A DNA stretch of 64,000 bases from Tubulanus polymorphus (lineage: Eukaryota > Animalia > Nemertea), in contig NC_134032.1 in the NCBI RefSeq assembly GCF_964204645.1, forward strand, positions 7,924,275-7,988,274. Direction: 5' to 3'. The notes beneath the pieces are model-generated. The model worked only from the letters and a program-made list of their open reading frames with translations, was not told where the DNA came from and made no database searches. Of this stretch, positions 1 through 11,217 are shown piece by piece; the stretch's first letter is position 1, and every line of letters starts with the position of its first letter. A program made the translations under genes and the position numbers.

Positions 1-84
1 AGAACATTAAAACGCTGAATTTTAAAATGTAGTTAATCCGGCGTGTAAGAAATATCTGGCATGAGCAGAGGGGCAAATCACGAC

Positions 85-326
85 ATGATAAGATAAAAAC
101 CCACTATCTAAGAATTTAAAGAAGTCTAAAATCGAGAATTTATTTATTGAAACAATCTAAAATATAGGAACACGTCGTTTCGATCTCACACTAAAGATCA
201 TCGTCAGGTGTGAACTCTAGTGTGAGATCGAAACGTCGTCTTCTTATGTTTTAGATTGTTTCAATAAATAAATTCTCGATTGTAGATTTCTTTTAATTTT
301 TAAATAGTGGGTTTTTATCTTATCAT
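85..326. mobile_element. Inverted (palindromic) pair of Penelope-like pLTR fragments
   Basis: Arms 85-193 and 218-326 are reverse complements with few mismatches and a 24-nt spacer. They carry a hammerhead core and an AATAAA-rich tail. Inverted partial pLTRs are typical of Penelope-like elements. Confidence 0.7.
170..211 (-). ncRNA. Minimal type I hammerhead ribozyme motif (probably degenerate)
   Basis: The minus strand reads ACAC-CUGACGA-U-GAUCU(uuagugug)AGAUC-GAAA-CGAC-GUGU: stem I ACAC/GUGU, core CUGANGA..GAAA, 5-bp stem II. The plus-strand twin keeps GAAACGUC but lacks CUGANGA. Confidence 0.6.
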
Positions 327-381
327 CTGTTCACCACGTTTGAGTGTGGTTATCGTACTATAATCACGACACCTGAACACA

Positions 382-1045
382 ATCTATAGTTCATTTACAT
401 ACCCACACTTTGAGTATTGTGATGTAATATTTAGTAGCGCCAACAAAACAACTCTAGATAGGCTTGAACAGCTCCATTACCAGTCTGCTATCATAGTATC
501 TGGCTGTATCACGGGTTCTAGTAGAGAAAAAGTTTTAGATGTCCTTAACTGGCAATCATTATCAAGCAGGCGCCTCGAGCGACAAAAAGTTTTCATGTAT
601 AAATTTTCAAAATGTATGCAGCCCTCTTATGTTTTATCGCTCTTCAGTACCTACCAAAATATAGCTGAAAGAAACTTGAGAAATCAACAACCTTTTCGTA
701 TACCCCATCGTGTACCAAGTAAGATTAAGAATTCCCCTATATTTAGACTTATGACTGTCTGGAATGACACTTGTACAGATATTCGCTCTATTCAAAACTT
801 TTCAATTTTTAAATCTAGACTCTATAAACGACCATCACAAGTTTCCTCAATCACGACAGCCATGATTCCAAATTTAAATCGTAGAGAAGAAATGTCTCTA
901 AATAGACTACTTTGTTCTTAATAATTGTAATAGTCTTTTTTTCTATATAGCGGTCTTTTCAATGTTAAATATTTATAACTTTGCTATTAATGTCAATTTT
1001 GACCTTAGCAAAATAACTTATTGTAAAATCTTTCCTGAAATAAAG
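382..1045 (+). mobile_element. 5'-truncated CR1/L2-group LINE fragment (post-RT C-terminal region)
   Basis: Open frame 382-921 IYSSFTYPHFEYCDVIF..LEQLHYQSAIIVSGCITGSSREKVLDVLNWQSLSSRR matches the YxxxxRPHLEYC..L.W.SL..RR thumb region of non-LTR RTs. It ends at an AATAAA near 1039. Confidence 0.75.
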
Positions 1046-1974
1046 CTATGTATATATTTTTAAAAAGCGGTAATGCTGGCTCACTGCTTGTACATGCATG
1101 TACTGTTACAAGACGGTTATCAAACATTTTCAGTAGCAGTTTGAAATCTGTGGTCGTGTATAGATCCGTTTGAAAACATTCCTTAAAAGGAAGTTTCCTT
1201 CGTCGTAGAGTATGTAAAATGAAGTTTCGACAGGCAATTCAATTTGTGACTGTTTTCACATTTCATCATTTTTTGACGCCTTATAAAACGTTACCATTAT
1301 GAAACCTAAACAATGTTAACCATTCAGCGTCGTTTTACAAACGACAACCGTAAATCGATGTGCAAAACGTCACAGGTTTATGTCTACACATACAAGCTAT
1401 TGGGCAAAATATTATTGATTAAGATGTAGAATGACTCCCTGTGATTATATAGTGACCTCTATTTGAACGTCGAAATGTTATATTGCATTGAATATCTTGA
1501 GAAGACGTATTGTAATAGTAAAGGAAGTATGATTATATCAGGAGCGGCAGGCATAAATAGAAATGATAAGTAAATCGGATTATTCCGTCAAATGGTGGAT
1601 GTATACACGATGCGGAAGTCTGATATAAAAGTCAGACCCTGACGTGGGCATGCCGGTGAAATGACGAAGCTATCTACGATCTGAGTAGGGCCGGCGTGAA
1701 TTTCATCGGCGGCTGCTACAAGCGGTCTATATAAAAACGTGTAAACATATAATTTCAATATCCAAATGTTTAAGAAAATATGTTCGATATTAGGGGTATG
1801 CAGGTTTCATGAGATTAGCAATTTATAATAGCATAGCTGTCGTATACGGCTCCGCGTCCACTGATGGCATGTGTATAAGGTGACAATTCAATTCAATACT
1901 TTATTGATCCTTATTACATTGAAATTCCGGGATAAAATTCCCAAATTCAATAAAGTGACAAATTCTAAAATAAG

Positions 1975-2476
1975 AATATAGCTGCAAAGCAGCGATAACG
2001 GGTTTTCTGGATGCATGTGATCGAAAGGAAAAATTAATTACCGGGTATTCGATGGAAAAAATAAAATGAGATGATTTGGATATTATCGGAGCAATCCTCT
2101 TTTTGGTTGAATGGTCTAACCCCAGTATAGTCCCCGTGATTTGGAAATTCTCGGAGCCCTCCTTTATTTACTTACTAAATGACGTCACAAACTGTTATTT
2201 CGCCGGCGCTTGTTGTCTAACAATTCAATTCAATTCTTTATTTACAGTAACCTAATAAGTAATTTTAAGTTTCAAATAGGATGGAAAGTACATTCAGACA
2301 ATCTGTTGGTTCAGAGAGACCGTTATTACAGTATCAATTTATACATTTCGTTTCGAAGCTGTCAGTTGCCGAATCTGAATGAAGATGAATTTTATTTGAC
2401 GAAATCGGCGGAAAATATATAATAATAATCAACAGAATTTCAAGAGGGTTTTCGACGAAAGTCAGAAAACCCTAAA
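1975..2476 (-). mobile_element. Non-autonomous Helentron (HINE/DINE-1-like), family A copy 1
   Basis: Subterminal IR GGGTTTTCTG/CAGAAAACCC, 5' stem-loop GGGTTTTCTGAC-TTTC-GTCGAAAACCC and 3' hairpin GCTGC-TTT-GCAGC. It sits in an A/T run with no TSD and is absent from the matching position of the right arm (about 5660). Confidence 0.75.
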
Positions 2477-2902
2477 AATACAAAATACAAGACACACGGG
2501 TAATTCATACAGAATAACATGAATAAGTTATTTGAATGACAATTTCTACTTCAACCCAGACTCAAGTCTAGGATATCGCCGGAGTGACAGCCAAACCGGG
2601 CCCCGGGACCAGGCCGGCTGGCTGCACGATATGCTCAAAGTCATGATGAAGCAGACATCAGAAGGGCTCTTTCTTTAACCATGGAGGCAATGAAGTTGCA
2701 GACCAGCTTAGAGGCAAAAGTGAATCGAAGTCGGTCACAAGTTGACAATTTTTTTAAATTAGACCAGTCGAAGACTGTATCGTCTACCCAATCGCCAAAT
2801 CTCATAATTCCCCAAATTTCTTAAAACATCGATTTCAAATTTGGGATTCCACATTAGCTTATCCCAGAATTTCTACATTTTTTCGCAGGCGTCAAATAAT
2901 TT

Positions 2903-3388
2903 ATTAGGGTTTTCTGACTTTCGTCGAAAACCCTCTTTAAATTCTGTTGATTATTATTATCATATATTTTCCGCCGATTTCGTCAGATTCAGCAACTGAC
3001 AGCTTCGAAACGAAATGTATAAATTGATACTGTAATAACGGTCTCTCTGAACCAACAGATTGTCTGAATGTACTTTCCATCCTATTTGAAACTGAAAATT
3101 ACTTATTAGGTTACTGTAAATAAAGAATTGAATTGAATTGTTAGACAACAAGCACCGGCGAAATAACAGTTTGTGACGTCATTTAGTAAGTAAATAAAGG
3201 AGATCTCCGAGAATTTCCAAATCACGGGGGACTATACTGGGGTTAGACCATTCAACCAAAAAGAGGATTGCTCCGATAATATCCAAATCATCTCATTTTA
3301 TTTTTTCCATCGAATACCCGGTAATTAATTTTTCCTTTCGATCACATGCATCCAGAAAACCCGTTATCGCTGCTTTGCAGCTATATTT
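2903..3388 (+). mobile_element. Non-autonomous Helentron (HINE-like), family A copy 2
   Basis: Near-identical reverse complement of 1975-2476 apart from a 21-bp indel. It has the same subTIR and hairpin layout, and the empty site is seen at about 5288-5293. Confidence 0.75.
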
Positions 3389-6300
3389 AAAGTTAATTTT
3401 CTTGTTTCAAATTCATTTCATCTCATAAACACGTTGTATATGTATGAATATACATTTCTGTAGTTGGCATTTCATTCCTCGGAACGTTTTGTAAATTACC
3501 TCGTTACAAAGCAAAGAGGTTCGTTTCGTTGGTGCACTAATTCTTTTTCACCTGTGGAACATTCTAGAGTTGAAATCAAAACTTATTTAAACAATTTACC
3601 CGATACAATCGGAGCACAACAGAGTTCCATGAAGTGGCCTCAATAGATCTCATCTAAAAATCACATTCTACTGGAGTCAGATTTTGCTGACGTTTTTGAT
3701 TTTTTGAAAAATATCATTACTCACGGCACCGATATAATTCAGGTTGTACAGAACCGTGTGTGTGAGAGAGATTTGAATAAACTTTTTTTCACTTTTCACC
3801 TTTCAATTTTATCAACTGCAGTTCTAAATCTTGTCTTGTTGATTTTTAATAAGAAAAGACTTATCATTTAATTCTACATGTCTGGGTACACATTGACTTG
3901 AGCTTGTTTCTCAAAACGCCTGATGAGGAAAAAGAGGCTTGTATCAAAAATAAACTCGAGATGATATAACTGACGTATACGGTAATGTTGAATTTGGACA
4001 GAAATAAAACGTTCTGTTTTACCTATTCAAAAGTGCGTTTAGAAATGTATTATGAATTAATCTCGCGTAAAAAAAAAAACCGGGCGAGAACAGCGAACAA
4101 GAATGTAGAATCTTCATCCGTTGATGAGAATTAATTCCTGCAATTCCAAATTTACCCGTCGACCTTAACACTGAGTGTCAAAAAGAGGATTGCTCCGCGA
4201 ATAACGCAATCGCGGTCACGGTAAAATGGAGCATTGTATTGAATCGTTAGCTATTTGACACTCTAATTGTTACGATCCTCGACTTCAAGAAAATGCAACT
4301 TCTCGTCGATTGCAACATTTTATAGTTGCTATTCAGTTTTCGGTATGTGAAGCCTCAACGGGCCCTAGTAATTGCGTGAGTGTGCGCGCATGTGTGCGTG
4401 CGTGTGTGTTGTGTATTTGCGTGCAGAGCCATGTTACTGGCATACTACGTAGCGCATGCAGTTTAAAGGTCAAGTGCCTTCTAAATAGAATATTGTGTAA
4501 AACTTCTAAATGTGATATGTGTATAAATGATAAGTGTGTTACTAATTTTAATTTTAGTAAAGCCATTACTGAGAAATAAGATTTTAAAGTCGGCTATTTT
4601 CACCAGTTTGCCGTACTCAGCAGGTGCGCGTTTGCTGTGAAAACCCACGATTGCTGACGTCATTGTAGTCAAACACACATTTCTACGTGCGTTGTACCAC
4701 TGAAGAATAACTAACTTTTGGTGCGCTTAATGAATAGCAAAGCTATGGCAAACTAATATATTTGATTTAAAACAATGAATTTAGCTTTATTATATGGATT
4801 TTAACAATCCGCGGTGAAATAAGCAGTGTAAATCTGAAATAATCCACTAGTTTCCAGTCTCTAATCCCGCACCGCATAATCACCAATTCGTAACGTATTA
4901 ATCCTTTTAGAAGTTGTTTAAGATTCCTAAATACTTTCTGATGATACTGTTGATACTGTAACACATAACACAACAAACATACAATGTATAGCCAGCAGTA
5001 GAGCTGTGAATAAAGCGAAGGAATGATGTTGTTTTATAGATTTTATATATAGGCTGGTGTACTGAGTTCACGCACGTGTACGTTTGTTTGGCAAAGATGA
5101 CGCATGAATGTGGCGCTGACACGCGGCTGCGGCCGAGGTGCATACGCTATATAGATCAATGATCCAGTTATTTAATTTTACTGATTTAAGACACATAAGT
5201 GATTTTTTTCTATAAGGCTGATCCCAGGTCATTTTATTTATTCTTAAGTATCATTTGGAAAGTAAACCTCAACAAGAAAATTAACTTTAATAAATTATTT
5301 GACGCCTGCGAAAAAATTGGGGGAATTATGGGGAATTATGAGATTTGGCGATTGGGTAGATGATACAGTCTTCGACTGGTCTAATTAAAAAAAAATTGTC
5401 AACTTGTGACCGACTTCGATTCACTTTTGCCTCTAAGCTGGTCTGCAACTTCATCGCCTCCATGGTTGAAGAAAGAGCTCTTCTGATGTCTGCTTCATCA
5501 TGACTTTGAGCATATCGTGTAGCCAGCCAGCCCGGTCCTGGGGCCCGGTCTGGCTGTCACTTGATATCCTAGACTTGAGTCTGGGTTGAAGTAGACATTG
5601 TCATTTAAATAACTTATTCATATTATTCTGTATGAATTACCCGTGTGTCTTGTATTTTGTGTTTTCTTATTTCAAAATTTGTAAATGTATTGATTTTTGG
5701 AATTTTATCCCGGAATTTCAATGTAATAAGGATCAATAAAGTATTGAATTGAATTGTCACCTTATACACATGCCATCAGTGGACGCGGAGCCGTATATGA
5801 CAGCTATGCTATTATAAATTGCTAAACTCATGAAACCTGCATACGTCTAATATCGAACATATTTTCTAAAACATTTGAATATTGAAATTATATGTCTACA
5901 CGTTTTTATATAGACCGCTTGTAGCCGCAGATGAAATTCACGCCGGCCTTACACACATCGTAGATAGCTTCGTCATTCCACTAGCATCCCCATGTCAGGG
6001 TCTGACTTTTATATCAGACTTCCAAATCGTGTATACATCCACCATTTAACCGAATAATCCGATTTACTTATTATTTCTATCTATGCCTGCCGCTCCTGAT
6101 ATAATCATACATCCTTTACTATTACAATACGTCTTCTCATGATATTCAATGCGATATAACATTTCGACGTTCAAATAGAGGTCATTATATAATCCCAGGG
6201 AGCCATTCTATATCTTTATCAATAATATTTTGCCAAATAGCTTGTATGTGTACACATAAACCTGTGACGTTTTGCACATCGATTTACGGTTGTCGTTTGT

Positions 6301-6489
6301 AAAATGACGCTGAATGGTTATCATTGTTTAGGTTTCATAATGTTAACGTTCTATAAGGCGTCAAAAAAGTAGGAATTAGAGGGCACTTGACCTTTAAGTA
6401 TCAAGAAATGCTACTTTATAGTTTTGGTAATGCATTGTAAATCTCTTCAATTTTTCCATGCGGTTAAATGGTGGATTAATCAAACGTGT

Positions 6490-6960
6490 ACGCAGTGCAA
6501 ATTTTTAGGTCTTTTTATCGATGACAAATTCAACTGGACTCCATTTCAAAAATTGTTAACGTACGTATTAATTATTTGTAGTCATGTTTCACGCTCCATT
6601 AGAATTTTGAATGGATTATAAAAACATTTCCCATCAATCTCCTTACTACCCTTTATCATAGTTTTGTCTTACCTCATTTACAATTTAATAATTTTCCAGA
6701 CTTTATGCAAATAGGCTCAATTCATCACTTTTATTACAAAAAGAGCAATAAGAATAATTGAATCTAGAACACACCAGATCCTATATTCAAGTATTCAAGT
6801 TAGATTTAGGACTCACCTAAACACAATTGTATGTTGAAATCTCTGGACCTGTTGTTTGGAACAATTTGCCAAAATGCCAAGTCACCTTAACCGTTTTATC
6901 TGCAAAATGTTTGTATCTGTCATCTATTATCAGTTATATAATCTATTGGGAAAATAAATT
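6490..6960 (+). mobile_element. Highly decayed CR1/L2-group LINE 3' fragment
   Basis: CKFLGLFIDDKFNW (the FLG..ID..L.W RT motif), followed by frameshifted LYHSFVLPHL, LQKRAIRII and GPVVWNNLP remnants. Confidence 0.65.
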
Positions 6961-7374
6961 AGTTTCATTGCTAGAATAACATCCAGCACGTTGATTTAAT
7001 GATTCAGCTAAATGAGACGGTTAGTGCTTTAGGTTGTTTATTTGAGGTACGAGCTTGCGAACGTGAATGTATTGTCGCATCATCGACATTAGTAACGACA
7101 GCTCGTAAAGTCAAATAAACTAGTCAACCTTTAAAGTGGGCCTACTACCTGCCTCGTTGTATTTATTCTACCACAGGTTCACACGGTTCCTCTTTCGGCT
7201 CTACGGTTGATTTGGCTATGATTAGTAATGAAAGACTTAATTGTAGAGCTGTTCACCTGTGATGCAGGTCACCCCTGCTGTAATTGTGAGATGTCCTGCT
7301 TTTTAGTCTATCGGAGAATCCGAGTACGTACATACGTAAGCCCAGAGCTTTTTAAAAATAACGATTCTTATGTA

Positions 7375-8125
7375 CAGTAGACTCCGCATACCTCGGAGTC
7401 ATACACCTCGGAATATTGCTTAGCTCAGAACAAATCTAAAATATTTTTCTTAATGCAATTATTTCTTAAATGAAAATCTCCGAGTAGCTCGGAGTTGCAT
7501 ACGTCGGAATATCGCATACCTCAGAATGATTTTTTTATAAATTGAGTCCTAAAATCGTGTACCTCGGAAATTCTGAACATCGTCCCGACAATATTTTTTC
7601 AAAAACGCATCCCTAGCCTACTGCATAACAACTTGAAACAGATTAATCAATACCTGTTCTTGGACGCGACGTGAATCAACATCTGTACTGTGTTACCACG
7701 TGTATTGCGATAGATATGCTGATGATCGTAAGAATTGGAAGCGTGCCAGTCGCGCTAGTTCTCGGCTGTCTTTAACACGAATAGTCAATTGAATGGATGT
7801 AGGCGGAGCTATAGACTTGTCACTGCACATCAAACCCACGTGTTTTTAAATTCTTTCAACTGGGAAGGAGGCTTTACTTGGTGTACTACAGTACGATGTT
7901 TTTATATAAAAGATGACAAGTCAAATCTCCCGGGGGATATGAGGTTTTGATTGAAATAACAATAAAAACCTGTCAGATATGGTACATATACAATGTAATT
8001 TGAGCCCACGTGTCAGCAACAAATTTTTTTATGACAAAATTTGCGGACCATATATACCTCGGAAATCGCATACCTCAGAAAAAATTTTCCAGTCCCTAGA
8101 ATTCCGAGGTAAGCGGAGTCTACTG
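7375..8125. mobile_element. Tc1/mariner-pogo type MITE
   Basis: TIRs CAGTAGACTCCGCATACCTCGGA / TCCGAGGTAAGCGGAGTCTACTG, TA on both flanks, and repeated subterminal TACCTCGGA motifs. Confidence 0.85.
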
Positions 8126-9597
8126 TATCTATTTCGCTCGTAATGATCGCAGCTTCAGCGCGTAATTAGTGATCGTATGCTTTCCTAAAAAAAAAATCAA
8201 TATAAATCGTTTGACGTCAACAACTATAACACTGATTGCGGTTAGGATTTCTAATTTCTCAGCATAAGTGCCCATTTGAGTGTGCTCTCGGATCGGGGAG
8301 TCAGACAATCGTTGAAATGTTATTTTGCTGACGGATTTTTTGATTCGGAGGTTTGATTAAACCGAACCAAACAGAAACTGTGTGCCGGGTGCGGTCTAAA
8401 ATGATATCTCAAGCAAATGCATCGGTTGACGCTCAATTTCTCGTCCTGTACGGATCAAACCTGACAGTCACCACTGAGAAGGCAGGGTTTAAACCACATC
8501 CGCGGTGTAAATTCATCCATGATGCTGATTACAAACCGGAACATTAATTGAGTCTATAGACTATTTGAAGCCCTCTTCACTAGGAAGGCAACTGAAGACA
8601 CACAAAATTATTCGCGATCGACTAGTCAGAAAATGGAACATTACCGTTTCACAAAACGCTGAGGTTATACAAAAGTGGGAACCGCGTGTGGCTTAATGAT
8701 TAAACATAAAGCTGCGATCACTCGAGTTTTTCGGCCCGGAGCAATGATTCGGGCCATCCTTACTGCTCATTTCTAGTAGAACATATTCGATGTATTTCGT
8801 ATTATAATTACATGGGCCTTCGTCTAAGGCAAATATTTAAAAAAAAGTAATCGTGTTCATATAAATGCAGAAAATTAGCATTTTGCTATAGAAATCGAAC
8901 GATATCTAAGTCAAGATGATAATATCTACAACTCAGACGACTTGTTGTATGCCATCCAATTTCTGTTAATACTGCCCAATCAAGCAATTTACCACGGAAA
9001 TTGGCATGAAATGCATAATTACGAGCAAACCAAACACATAAGTTATGTGCGCATGAACAATACAGAAAAAAGCAAACAACACTGTCTTTTTTACACTACT
9101 CTCAATGACACACTACAAGGGAGATTGCCTAAAACAGATCTGAGGTAGAATATATATGACCTGGATCCAGTTGCACAGTTCTAAGTTAAGATTTGACTAG
9201 GCTTATTTCGTTTAAAATGAAGTTATTTCGTTTACTGAGTTACTATTGGCAATGGACTAATTTCAAATAACAACTGTGAAATGGGCCAAGTTTCACAGTT
9301 TTGAGTATAGATTTAACTCATCAATTACCAGTAAAATCCCACAATAAATGAATTTGTCGTGGATTACCCTCATTTATTGTGGGATTTTACTCGTACTCAT
9401 TGCACAGCCCCTCGATCCTAATACTAATATTAGCTCAGTCAGTTTTGGTATTACATACCTGATAGAAGTCTTATTGGAAACAGAATGCATTGGCAGCTGA
9501 CCTAATTATCGTTTTTTAATCCACTTTAAACTGTATTGAAGGATATCCAAAAAATCATGCATTGAGAGGGGTTCCTGAGAGAAAAGAGACTTAGAAT

Positions 9598-9978
9598 TAG
9601 CCACTTTATATGAGGGTAATCCACGCAAACACCCAGCCTCTCGATCCCAGCCACATTATATAAGGGTAATCCACGCAACCCCTCGATCCAAGCCACTTTA
9701 TACGAGGGTAATCGGCGGGTAATCCACCCAGCCCCTCGATCCTAGCCACATTATATAAGGGTAATCCATGCACCACCCAGCCCCTCGATCCCAGCCAATT
9801 TATACAAGGGTAATCCAGATACATACCCAGCCCCTCGATCCCAGCCACTTTATATAAGTGTAATCCACGCACGGATTTGTCGGTTTGTCGGTATGTCGGT
9901 TCGGCGGTTTGTCTGTCCATCGGTTTGTCGGTATGTCGGTTTGTCGGTTCGTCGGTATGTCGGTTTGTCGGTATGTTC
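9598..9978. repeat. About 60-bp minisatellite (about 5 units) followed by an 8-bp GTCGGT(A/T)T microsatellite
   Basis: Unit CCCAGCCCCTCGATCCCAGCCACTTTATATAAGGGTAATCCACGCA repeats over 9598-9871, then (GTCGGTTT/GTCGGTAT)n runs to 9978. Confidence 0.85.
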
Positions 9979-10107
9979 GCACGTCCCTATGGCGTATTGT
10001 CGTAAGATTCAAACAGACCAATATTGGCGGATTAATTCCAAATAACAGTCCAATGTGATAAGTCTCTGCTGGAACTATTTAATGCTATAATGGACTTGAG
10101 CCCCTAT

Positions 10108-10404
10108 GGCATCAGGAGAGCTCGTTCCTCAACTATAGAAGCAATGAAGTTGCAGACTAGCTTACAGGCAAAAGTGAATGAAGTCGTCGCAAGTTATCAA
10201 ATATTGACAATTTTAAAAAAATACTGAAACCAGTACTATACAGTCGAAGATCGCCTGTATCACCTACCAAATCGCCAAATCTCATAATTCCCCAAATTTC
10301 TTTAAACTTCGATTTCAAATTAGCAATTCCACATTAGCTTATCCCAAAAATTCTACATATTTTTCGCAGGCGTCAAATAATTTATCAAAATTAATTTTCT
10401 TGTT
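10108..10404. repeat. Third, partial copy of the inner segment of the 1.3-6.4 kb duplication (likely retroelement 3' fragment)
   Basis: Matches 2657-2903 plus 3389-3406 without the HINE insertion (gcaggcgtcaaataatttat..aattttcttgtt). Confidence 0.75.
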
Positions 10405-10517
10405 CCTTAATGTTTACACATACATCGTTCTTTTTTGTTTTAAAAGTGCAATAACTACGTATCACATTTTACGTCTGCTGACGAAAGCGGATAATATGTT
10501 TCTATCGGGTACGGCCA

Positions 10518-11170
10518 TTGCAAAGTCTGGAAGATATGCCGACGGCATGCTTAAGTACGGTCAGAACGTCTATTACTTCTAAAATGACTAGGAATCTACT
10601 TATAATGCTGATCAGTTTAGACCGACTAATTTTCGTGTTCTTTCCACTTAAATCTAGGATTATCTGCACTAGAACGACGTTCAACATTTGTTTTGATAGT
10701 TATTTTGAGTCTGGCTACTCAAGTCTGGCAGTATTTTACTAGAGATGTTGGAAAGGTCAGTGTTCTTTGCCCATTTAGAGGACAACTTTGGGCTGCGTTG
10801 CCTCGCCCTCCCCGAACTCAAAAGACGGGTAACGTGATACACATATTAGAGGTATTCATACCATTTTTTGGAATAGCTCTTGCAAATATAATTGTAATAT
10901 TTTCACTGTACATACATAGCGTCTAGTAGACGCTCCAAAATGAGCAGTCAAAAACTAAATTATAACCAGGCTGTTCTACTAGCCATTTCAGTTGTAATAA
11001 GTTTTGCGTTACTCGAAATGCCAATGGCTTTGCACAAAATGCTTATCAAATTTTTCAAGTTCAAAGGTTTTATCCCATATCTTAACATCTACTTTGTAGC
11101 GTCTCTGTTCAGCTTGATTCCTCGGTAAATCTGTTCGTATACAGTTTGTCTAGTAAAAATTCCAGTCACT
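10518..11170 (+). pseudogene. Decayed intronless rhodopsin-family (peptide receptor-like) GPCR
   Basis: TM3 LLIMLISLDRLIFVFFPLKSRIICT, TM5 ILEVFIPFFGIALANIIVIFSL, TM6 VLLAISVVISFALLEMPMAL and TM7 SVNLFVYSLSSK, in order but split by frameshifts and stops. Confidence 0.7.
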
Positions 11171-11217
11171 CGCTTTCAAAGGTTGCCCGCGACGAGGATG
11201 AGCAGACGCCTGAATCA

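Larger units (their letters stand above)
1269..6368. repeat. Large inverted duplication: left arm 1269-3406 (interrupted by two insertions), right arm 5271-6368, unique spacer about 1.9 kb
   Basis: About 1.1 kb of continuous reverse-complement similarity (roughly 90% by eye), e.g. ttttttgacgccttata / tataaggcgtcaaaaaa at the outer ends. Confidence 0.9.

Noticed and set aside
2210-3151. Twin ORFs MLSNNSIQFF.. on opposite strands as duplicated small genes
   Set aside because: They start at TTG and lie inside the two inverted HINE copies, so their identity just reflects the repeat.
1269-6368. Autonomous foldback/TIR transposon
   Set aside because: No TSD at the outer ends and no transposase-like ORF in the spacer. 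Retained only as an inverted duplication.
9598-9871. CRISPR-like array
   Set aside because: A tandem minisatellite with no unique spacers and no cas genes, in a eukaryotic context.
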